Part shown: piece by piece, positions 11,016 through 17,612 of the stretch | How positions within the stretch are numbered: position 1 is the first letter of the stretch | How the letters are laid out: the number at the start of each line of letters is the position of its first letter | DNA from: Betaproteobacteria bacterium | GTDB lineage: Bacteria; Pseudomonadota; Gammaproteobacteria; Burkholderiales; JAEUMW01 | Assembly (NCBI GenBank): GCA_016791345.1 | Contig: JAEUMW010000126.1 | Coordinates: 1-39,814, forward strand | DNA length: 39,814 nucleotides | Direction of reading: 5' to 3' | Translations under genes and position numbers: made by a program | The notes under the pieces: generated by a model | Seen by the model: only the letters and a program-made list of their open reading frames with translations | Databases searched by the model: none | What the model was told of the DNA's origin: nothing

Positions 11016-11473
11016 CACGGCTCCCGGAAGCCGCCGACGCGTTTGATGGCAGCGCGGATGCGCTGGTAGGTTCCGCAGCGGCAGAGCACGCCGCTCATGG
11101 CTTCGTTGATCTGAGCGTCGGTAGGCTTCGGCGTCTTCGCGAGCAGCGCCGCCGCGGTCATGATCTGCCCCGACTGGCAGTAGCCGCACTGCACGACATC
11201 CAGCTCCAGCCACGCCAGCTGGACGGGATGCTCACCCGACTTCGACAGTCCCTCGATGGTGAGAATGGTCTTGCCGGAGACCACGGAGAGCGGCGTTACG
11301 CAGGCGCGCGTCGGCACGCCGTCGACGTGCACCGTGCAGGCACCGCACTGCGCGATACCGCAGCCATACTTCGTTCCGGTGAGTCCCAGAGTGTCGCGCA
11401 ACACCCAGAGCAGCGGCGTGTCCGGACTCACCTCCAGCCGGTGGGCGGTGCCGTTGATCGTGACCGAGATCAT
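11015..11473 (-). CDS. (2Fe-2S)-binding small subunit of an XDH-family oxidoreductase (IorA-like)
   Basis: 152 aa with the two canonical cluster motifs, [12 protein letters not shown] and CGYCQSG...CRCGTY. Confidence 0.9.
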   Translation of the reverse strand: MISVTINGTAHRLEVSPDTPLLWVLRDTLGLTGTKYGCGIAQCGACTVHVDGVPTRACVTPLSVVSGKTILTIEGLSKSGEHPVQLAWLELDVVQCGYCQSGQIMTAAALLAKTPKPTDAQINEAMSGVLCRCGTYQRIRAAIKRVGGFREP

Positions 11474-11537
11474 CTACTCCTCGCATTTTGATGCTAGTTT
11501 TTGTACGACAGAGCATCGACCCGCCACGCCGATGTTG

Positions 11538-13001
11538 TCAATCCTTGCGCATGTCGCCAAAGCGTGCTTCGGCCACCCGTGGTGGGCGGGCGAGCGCAGG
11601 GTTGCGGGCGAAATAGCGCTTCACGCCCGTGAGCACGGCATCGGCGATCTTCTCCTGGTAGGCGGCCGACTTGAGCCGCGCTTCTTCCTCGGGATTGGTG
11701 ATGAACGCGGTCTCGACCAGTATCGAGGGAATGTCGGGCGCTTTCAGCACGGCGAAGCCGGCCTGCTCGACTTCCGCCTTGTGCAGCGTGTTGATGGTGC
11801 CGAGTTCGGACAGCACGGAACGACCGACGCGCACGCTGTCGTTGATGGTCGCGGTCTGCTGCAGGTCGAGCAGCGTCTTCTTGAGGTAGTAGTCTCCGAC
11901 GTCGATGTTGACGCCGCCAATGAGGTCGGCATCGTTTTCGCGCTTCGCCAGCCAGCGTGCAGCAGCCGACGTCGCACCGCGGTCGGACAGGGCGAACACC
12001 GACGAGCCGCGTGCGCGCGGTTCGATGAATGCGTCCGCGTGGATCGAGACGAAGAGATCCGCCTGCACCTTGCGCGCCTTTTCGACTCGCGTCTGCAGCG
12101 GAATGAAGTAGTCGCCGTCACGGATCAGCAGGCCGCGCATGCCGGGTTCGCTGTCGAGCTTGGACTTGAGCCGGCGCGCGATGGCGAGCGTGACATCCTT
12201 TTCGATCGTGCCGCTGCGGCCGCGGGCGCCCGGATCCTCGCCACCGTGGCCGGCGTCGATGGCGACGATGAGCAGGCGGGCCGGCGTGCTGCGACCCTTG
12301 CGCACTACCGTCGCCGGCGGCGGCTTGTCACGCCGCGCTTTCTCTTCGGTCACCGCCTCCTCATGCGACTTGAGGACCAGGTTGGGCACCGTCGGCGTCG
12401 TCGGTGCGGGTGCGGGCTCGCTCGCAGCGGATTTGGCTACCGCAGCTTCCTGCTCGCGCTCGATCCGCGTCACGAGTGCCATCAGCGCGTCGGGCGGCGT
12501 GAGCGGGTAGACATCGACGACCAGACGGTAGCCGTAGTCACCCACCGGTGGCAGGCTGAAGACCTGCGGTTGCGCCTCTGCCTTCAGGTCGAGCACGATG
12601 CGCAGCGTGTCGGCCTTGAAGCGACCGACACGCACCGACTGGATGTTGGGATCGTCACGCGCGACCTTCTTGGCGAGCGCTTCGACTTCCGGACTTGCCG
12701 ACACGTTTTCGAGATCCAGCACCAGCCGCTCCGGGTTCTTGATCTTGGTCAGGCTGTGCTTGATCTGCGTGGCCGACTCGATGGTGATCCGCGTGTACTC
12801 CGGCGCCGGCCAGACGCGGGCCGCGATGATGCGGGTCTCCTGCGCGAGCGCCGACAGGCTCGGAATCAAGCAGGCAGCAAGCAACGCCGCGAGCAGCCCG
12901 AAACGGGCGCAGGCACCCAGCAGCGGCGAAGCGAGAAGCGTGGCTAGTCCACCGGCGGCGCTCGATGGCCCGCGACGGCTGTGCGCAGGCGCTTCAGACA
13001 C
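11538..13001 (-). CDS. N-acetylmuramoyl-L-alanine amidase (AmiB/AmiC type: AMIN domain plus Amidase_3)
   Basis: AMIN-like N-terminal domain (ARVWPAPEYTRITIES...LVLDLENV), a Pro/Ala linker, and the catalytic region AIDAGHGGEDPGARG...SIHADA. It is downstream of tsaE, as in the E. coli tsaE-amiB arrangement. The GTG start at 13001 would overlap the tsaE 3' end by 58 nt, so the start is uncertain. Confidence 0.85.
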   Translation of the reverse strand: MSEAPAHSRRGPSSAAGGLATLLASPLLGACARFGLLAALLAACLIPSLSALAQETRIIAARVWPAPEYTRITIESATQIKHSLTKIKNPERLVLDLENVSASPEVEALAKKVARDDPNIQSVRVGRFKADTLRIVLDLKAEAQPQVFSLPPVGDYGYRLVVDVYPLTPPDALMALVTRIEREQEAAVAKSAASEPAPAPTTPTVPNLVLKSHEEAVTEEKARRDKPPPATVVRKGRSTPARLLIVAIDAGHGGEDPGARGRSGTIEKDVTLAIARRLKSKLDSEPGMRGLLIRDGDYFIPLQTRVEKARKVQADLFVSIHADAFIEPRARGSSVFALSDRGATSAAARWLAKRENDADLIGGVNIDVGDYYLKKTLLDLQQTATINDSVRVGRSVLSELGTINTLHKAEVEQAGFAVLKAPDIPSILVETAFITNPEEEARLKSAAYQEKIADAVLTGVKRYFARNPALARPPRVAEARFGDMRKD

Positions 13002-13471
13002 CGCTCACCCCGCGTACTCCCCGCTGCGATCTCGTACGTGCGGCCGGGCTGTGCGAACTCGAGCCGGATGCGAAGATCGGCGGGCGGCAGGCGTGCGCCG
13101 ATCTTCTCGGGCCATTCGATGGCACACACCGCACCGGCGTGGAAATATTCCGAGAAGCCCGTTGTGTCCCATTCTTCTGCAGATTTGAATCTATAAAAAT
13201 CAAAGTGATAAAAGTCTAATCTAGAAAGTAAGTAAAGTTCAACGAGAGTATAGCTCGGACTCTTCACTTTTTCGCGACAACCGAGTGAAAGCAGACAGGC
13301 GCGCACCAGAGCGGTTTTGCCGGCGCCCAGATCGCCGTGCAGATGGAGCACCATGCCGGGTTCGATCACACTGCCCAGCGCGGCACCGAGGGCGCGGGTG
13401 GCCGCCTCGTCTTCGAGGCGGCCTGTCAGCGGTGCAACGGAGGGATTACCATCGTTCGTATGCATATGCAT
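12944..13471 (-). CDS. tsaE: tRNA t6A37 biosynthesis ATPase TsaE (YjeE)
   Basis: Walker A GDLGAGKT, plus the SPSYTLVELY, HFDFYRF and IEWPE motifs. ATG at 13471 with GAGGAA 4 nt upstream. The 526-aa track ORF (12944..14524) is this gene fused to an antisense shadow of queG. Confidence 0.9.
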   Translation of the reverse strand: MHMHTNDGNPSVAPLTGRLEDEAATRALGAALGSVIEPGMVLHLHGDLGAGKTALVRACLLSLGCREKVKSPSYTLVELYLLSRLDFYHFDFYRFKSAEEWDTTGFSEYFHAGAVCAIEWPEKIGARLPPADLRIRLEFAQPGRTYEIAAGSTRGERCLKRLRTAVAGHRAPPVD

Positions 13472-14551
13472 CCGGTTCCTCGACGTCGCGATTGGCGGCT
13501 GCTCGCACAGCAGATCAAGGCGTGGGGCCGCGCGCTCGGCTTTCAGCAGGTCGGCATCGCGGGCACCGATCTCGGCGACGCGGAGAGCCGCCTGCTCGCG
13601 TGGCTGGAGCAGGGCCGGCACGGCGCGATGGATTATATGGCACGACACGGCGTGCGCCGCGCGCGCCCGCACGACCTCGTGCCCGGCACCGTGCGCGTGA
13701 TCTCGGTGCGCCTGGATTATCTGCCGGGAGAGGCACACGCCAGCACCGCGATACTGAGCGAGCGCGAGCGGGCGTTCGTCGCCCGCTATGCGCTCGGCCG
13801 CGACTACCACAAGCTCATGCGCGGTCGGCTGCAGCAACTCGCCGACCGCATCACCGCGGAGGTGGGCGAACACCGGTATCGGGTATTCAGTGACAGCGCC
13901 CCGGTGCTGGAGGTCGAGATCGCGACCCGCGCGGGACTGGGTTGGCGCGGCAAGCACACGCTGCTGCTCTCGCGCGAAGCCGGTTCGTGGTTCTTTCTCG
14001 GCGAGCTGTTCACCGATCTGCCGCTGCCGTTGGACGCACCGGCCGACGATCACTGCGGCACCTGCACGCGCTGCATCGACGCCTGTCCGACCGGAGCGAT
14101 CGTCGCACCCTACGAGCTCGATGCGCGCCGCTGCATTTCGTATCTCACCATCGAGCACCCCGGCAGCATTCCGGAGGCGCTGCGCCCGCTGATCGGCAAC
14201 CGTGTCTACGGTTGCGACGACTGCCAGCTCGTCTGCCCCTGGAATCGCTTCGTGCAGCCCGCGGCCGAGCCCGACTTCGCGGTCCGCAACGGGCTCGACG
14301 CCGCCACGCTGGTCGAACTCTTCGCGTGGAGCGAGGACGCCTTCGCGCTCCGGCTCGCCGGCAGCGCGATCCGCCGCATCGGCCACGAGCGCTGGCTGCG
14401 CAATCTCGCGGTCGGCCTCGGCAACGCCGCACCCGCGCCGGCAGTGGTCGCTGCGCTGCGCGCGCGCGCTGCACATCCGTCTCCCCTCGTCCGCGAGCAC
14501 GTCGCCTGGGCGCTCGCGCGACATCTCGGCGCGGGCTCCGCCTCGCCATGA
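13460..14551 (+). CDS. queG: Epoxyqueuosine reductase QueG
   Basis: LLAQQIKAWGRALGFQQVGIAGTDL...MDYMARHG...VISVRLDYLP is colinear with E. coli QueG from its N-terminus. Two 4Fe-4S motifs are present (CGTCTRCIDACP, CDDCQLVCP). The start is ATG 13460 or 13466. Confidence 0.92.
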   Translation: MHMHPVPRRRDWRLLAQQIKAWGRALGFQQVGIAGTDLGDAESRLLAWLEQGRHGAMDYMARHGVRRARPHDLVPGTVRVISVRLDYLPGEAHASTAILSERERAFVARYALGRDYHKLMRGRLQQLADRITAEVGEHRYRVFSDSAPVLEVEIATRAGLGWRGKHTLLLSREAGSWFFLGELFTDLPLPLDAPADDHCGTCTRCIDACPTGAIVAPYELDARRCISYLTIEHPGSIPEALRPLIGNRVYGCDDCQLVCPWNRFVQPAAEPDFAVRNGLDAATLVELFAWSEDAFALRLAGSAIRRIGHERWLRNLAVGLGNAAPAPAVVAALRARAAHPSPLVREHVAWALARHLGAGSASP

Positions 14552-16140
14552 CTGCGTTCGACTGGGAGTTTCCGTACCTGTCCCGGCGCCTGCCGCTGCT
14601 CGCGCGCAACGTCGTGGCGACGGCGCAGCCGCTCGCCGCTCAGGCGGGCTTGAGCATGATGCTGCGCGGAGGCAACGCCGTCGATGCTGCGTTGGCTACC
14701 GCCATCGCGCTCACCGTCGTCGAGCCGGTTTCGAACGGCGTCGGCTCGGATGCTTTCGCCATGGTGTGGGACGGGACCACGCTGCACGGCCTGAATGCGT
14801 CGGGACGCTCGCCGCTGGCCTGGGTGCCCGGGCGCTTCGCCGGGCGCCGGGCGATGCCCGAAACCGGCTGGGACAGCGTGACGGTGCCGGGAGCGGTATC
14901 GGCCTGGGCGGCGCTTTCCGCGCGCTTCGGACGGCTGCCCTTCGCCACCCTGTTCGAGCCGGCCATCGCCTATGCGCGCCAAGGCTTTCCGGTCTCGCCC
15001 GTGGTGGCGATGAAGTGGCGCAAGCAGGTTCCGCTGTTTGCAGACCAGCCCGGTTTCGCCGAGGCTTTCCTGCCCGGAGGCCGGGCTCCGGCAGCGGGGG
15101 AGACGTTCGCGCTGCCGGCGCTTGCGCAAACGCTGGACGCGATCGCCGATACGCGGGGCGAAGCGTTCTACCGGGGGTCGCTGGCGGAGGCGCTCGTTGC
15201 CCACGCTGCGGCGCACGGGGGCGCCCTGACACTGGCCGATCTCGATGCACATGCCGTTGAGTGGGTGGCGCCGATCGGTATCGACTATCGCGGCTACACG
15301 CTGCACGAACTGCCCCCCAGCGGGCAGGGCATCGCTGCGCTCATCGCGCTCGGCATTCTTGCTCATCACGACCTCGCGGCGCACCCGGTCGATTCCGCTG
15401 CCAGTCTGCATCTGCAGATCGAGGCCATGAAGCTCGCGTTCGCGGACGTCCATCGGCACGTCGCGGATCCGCGTGCGATGACGGCCGAGGTGACTTCACT
15501 GCTCGACGCCGAATATCTGGCGCAGCGCGCCCGCGAGATCGATCCGGATCGGGCGCGATCGCCGTTGCCGGGACGGCTGTCGGGCGGTGGCACCGTCTAC
15601 CTCACCGCTGCCGATGCCGAAGGGATGATGGTGTCGTACATCCAGTCCAACTACGGCGGCTTCGGCTCCGGCGTGGTCGTGCCGGGCACCGGCATCGGCC
15701 TGCAGAACCGCGGCAGCGGCTTCACGCTGGAACGCGGACACCCGAACGAGGTCGGCCCCGGCAAGCGACCGTTCCACACCATCATCCCCGCGTTCGTGAC
15801 CCGCAACGGAGTGCCGGTGATGAGCTTCGGCGTCATGGGTGGCGCCATGCAACCGCAGGGACACGTACAGATCATGGTGCGGCTTGCCGACTACCGGCAG
15901 AATCCGCAGGCGGCCTGCGATGCGCCGCGCTGGCGCGTGCGCGACGGTGGCGCAGTGGAGTTCGAGGCGGGGGTGGAGGCACAGACTGTCGCCCGCCTGG
16001 TGCGCATGGGACATCGCGTGGCGGAGGGCGATGCCGGGAGCTATTTCGATTTCGGCGCCGGCCAGTTCATCTATCGACTGGCGGACGGTTACTTTGCTGC
16101 CTCGGACCCGCGGCGCGACGGGCAGGCAGTCGGATTCTGA
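14548..16140 (+). CDS. ggt: Gamma-glutamyltransferase family protein, no signal peptide (cytoplasmic YwrD-like type)
   Basis: The real start MTAFDWEFPY overlaps the queG stop (ATGA). GNAVDAALA...EPVSNGVGSD, GGGTVYLTAADAEGMMVSYIQSNYGGFGSG and MGGAMQPQGH are Ntn-hydrolase GGT motifs. Confidence 0.85.
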   Translation: MTAFDWEFPYLSRRLPLLARNVVATAQPLAAQAGLSMMLRGGNAVDAALATAIALTVVEPVSNGVGSDAFAMVWDGTTLHGLNASGRSPLAWVPGRFAGRRAMPETGWDSVTVPGAVSAWAALSARFGRLPFATLFEPAIAYARQGFPVSPVVAMKWRKQVPLFADQPGFAEAFLPGGRAPAAGETFALPALAQTLDAIADTRGEAFYRGSLAEALVAHAAAHGGALTLADLDAHAVEWVAPIGIDYRGYTLHELPPSGQGIAALIALGILAHHDLAAHPVDSAASLHLQIEAMKLAFADVHRHVADPRAMTAEVTSLLDAEYLAQRAREIDPDRARSPLPGRLSGGGTVYLTAADAEGMMVSYIQSNYGGFGSGVVVPGTGIGLQNRGSGFTLERGHPNEVGPGKRPFHTIIPAFVTRNGVPVMSFGVMGGAMQPQGHVQIMVRLADYRQNPQAACDAPRWRVRDGGAVEFEAGVEAQTVARLVRMGHRVAEGDAGSYFDFGAGQFIYRLADGYFAASDPRRDGQAVGF

Positions 16141-16143
16141 GCG

Positions 16144-17130
16144 ATGAGCGAGCGAGGCGAAACGCCGATGGTGGTGAACTGCGTCGCATACCGCGACGGC
16201 ACGCGGTTGCGCGACATCACCGTCGAGGAGATCAGCGATTACATGGCGCAGCCGGGCGCCTTCGTCTGGCTGGGACTGTACGAGCCGGACGAACAACTCA
16301 TGCGCGACGTGCAGAAAGAGTTCGGCCTGCACGACCTCGCGGTCGAGGACGCGTGGCGGGCGCACCAGCGGCCGAAGCTGGAAGCCTACGGCGACACGCT
16401 CTTCGTCGTCCTGCGCACGGCGCGCATGGAGAAGGGCGAACTCCTGTTCGGCGAGACCCACGTCTTCGTCGGACCGCGCTACGTCGTCACCGTCCGCCAC
16501 GGTGCCTCATCCGCCTATACCGATGTGCGTACCCGCTGCGAGTACTCGCCGGACCTGCTCGCCAGGGGCCCGGGGTTCATCCTCTACGCCGTGCTCGATT
16601 TCGTGATGGATCAGTACTTCCCTATCGTGGAGGATCTGGAGGACGAACTCGAAGCGATCGAGGAGGGGGTCTTCCGCTCCCACACCGACGCCGAACACGT
16701 CGAGAACACGTACGAACTCAAGCTCAAGATGATGGCGGTGCGCCGGGCCGTCCTGCCGGTGGTGCAGATCTGCAACGACGTGCCGCTGTACCGATCCTTG
16801 ATCGCGGACGAGATCCGACCCTATTTTCGGGACGTTTCCGACCACGCCCACAGCATTCTCGAAGTCGTGGAATCAGGCCGCGACATGGTGAACACCGCGC
16901 TCACGGTCAATCTCACGCTGCTTTCGATGCGGCACAACGAAGTGATGAAGCGCCTGGCGGGCTGGGCCGCGATACTCGCCATCCCGACGATGATCGGCGG
17001 CATCTACGGCATGAACTTCGAACACATGCCCGAACTGGGCTGGACCTTCGGCTACCCCCTGACCTTGGGGGTGATGGTGGTGATCTGCGTGCTGGTCTAT
17101 CGAAGGCTGAAACGTACCGGCTGGCTATGA
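16144..17130 (+). CDS. corA: CorA magnesium/cobalt transporter
   Basis: YGMNFEHMPE (GMN motif) followed by two C-terminal TM helices. It starts 3 nt after the ggt stop. The second Met (16168) is an alternative start. Confidence 0.92.
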   Translation: MSERGETPMVVNCVAYRDGTRLRDITVEEISDYMAQPGAFVWLGLYEPDEQLMRDVQKEFGLHDLAVEDAWRAHQRPKLEAYGDTLFVVLRTARMEKGELLFGETHVFVGPRYVVTVRHGASSAYTDVRTRCEYSPDLLARGPGFILYAVLDFVMDQYFPIVEDLEDELEAIEEGVFRSHTDAEHVENTYELKLKMMAVRRAVLPVVQICNDVPLYRSLIADEIRPYFRDVSDHAHSILEVVESGRDMVNTALTVNLTLLSMRHNEVMKRLAGWAAILAIPTMIGGIYGMNFEHMPELGWTFGYPLTLGVMVVICVLVYRRLKRTGWL

Positions 17131-17205
17131 CGCGTCAGGGCAGGCTCTGCCGGGCAGGGGTGGTGGCAGCGGAGAAAGGCGAGTCGAGATCGGCGTGAAG
17201 GGACG

Positions 17206-17343
17206 TCAGAGAAAGTAGATGGCCGGGAAGGTTGCCGCGGCCAGGACCAGAACGATCCACTCCAGGCTGTTCTTCGCGAGCCAGCCGGTAAAGTGCAGGA
17301 TCAGTATGATGATCGCGACCACGTAAAAGGCGATGAGCGCCAT
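17206..17343 (-). CDS. Small (45 aa) hydrophobic two-helix membrane protein, below the ORF-track length cutoff
   Basis: MALIAFYVVAIIILILHFTGWLAKNSLEWIVLVLAAATFPAIYFL. The ATG is preceded by GGAGG at 9 nt. 39/45 codons end in G/C (hand count), like the bona fide genes here. Confidence 0.55.
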   Translation of the reverse strand: MALIAFYVVAIIILILHFTGWLAKNSLEWIVLVLAAATFPAIYFL

Positions 17344-17396
17344 GCTCTGAAACCTCCGCTGCCTGTAAACTGCCACCCGAATAAGCTAGTTTCGTG

Positions 17397-17419
17397 CCTC
17401 GGCCGGGGGCGGGCCGAGG
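17397..17419. promoter_or_regulatory. GC-rich hairpin (8-bp stem CCTCGGCC/GGCCGAGG, 7-nt loop) in a divergent intergenic region
   Basis: Perfect inverted repeat read directly from the sequence. It lies between the small membrane-protein gene and the upstream ORF/oxidoreductase. No U-tract on either strand. Confidence 0.3.
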
Positions 17420-17450
17420 GACTGAGGTCTCCTGGAGGAGGACGCGAACG

Positions 17451-17612
17451 ATGGCCCTTTCCCCATCCTCGGCCGCCGTTGCCGAGCGCAGCAGCACACC
17501 CCGAAGGCGCGTGTCCCACGCCCGGATCGGCGCGTTCGAACCGGCGACGAGCGGACGCGCGGCAGCATCCGGACGCCATCTTTCGCGGAAATCCGCCGAG
17601 GCACGGCCGTGA
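17451..17612 (+). CDS. Candidate 53-aa upstream ORF translationally coupled to the downstream oxidoreductase
   Basis: The ATG is preceded by GGAGGAGGA at ~8 nt. Its TGA overlaps the GTG start of the next gene (GTGA at 17609-17612). The product is Arg/Ser/Ala-rich and probably disordered. GC3 is ~74% by hand count, lower than in the real genes, so coding status is doubtful. Confidence 0.25.
   Translation: MALSPSSAAVAERSSTPRRRVSHARIGAFEPATSGRAAASGRHLSRKSAEARP

Noticed and set aside
11474-11540. TTGACA on the minus strand overlapping the amidase stop, as a promoter for iorA.
   Set aside because: No -10-like hexamer lies at 16-19 nt. The nearest AT-rich hexamer is ~30 nt away.
13632-13637. A perfect TATAAT on the minus strand inside queG, as a stand-alone promoter call for tsaE.
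   Set aside because: It has no -35 or properly spaced TG motif. Roughly one perfect hexamer is expected by chance on the two strands of a window this size. It is mentioned only as context in the tsaE/queG finding.
12944-14524. A 526-aa minus-strand ORF that appears to be one large protein.
   Set aside because: Only the C-terminal 175 codons (TsaE, from ATG 13471 with a good SD) are meaningful. The upstream part is antisense to queG and has no motifs.
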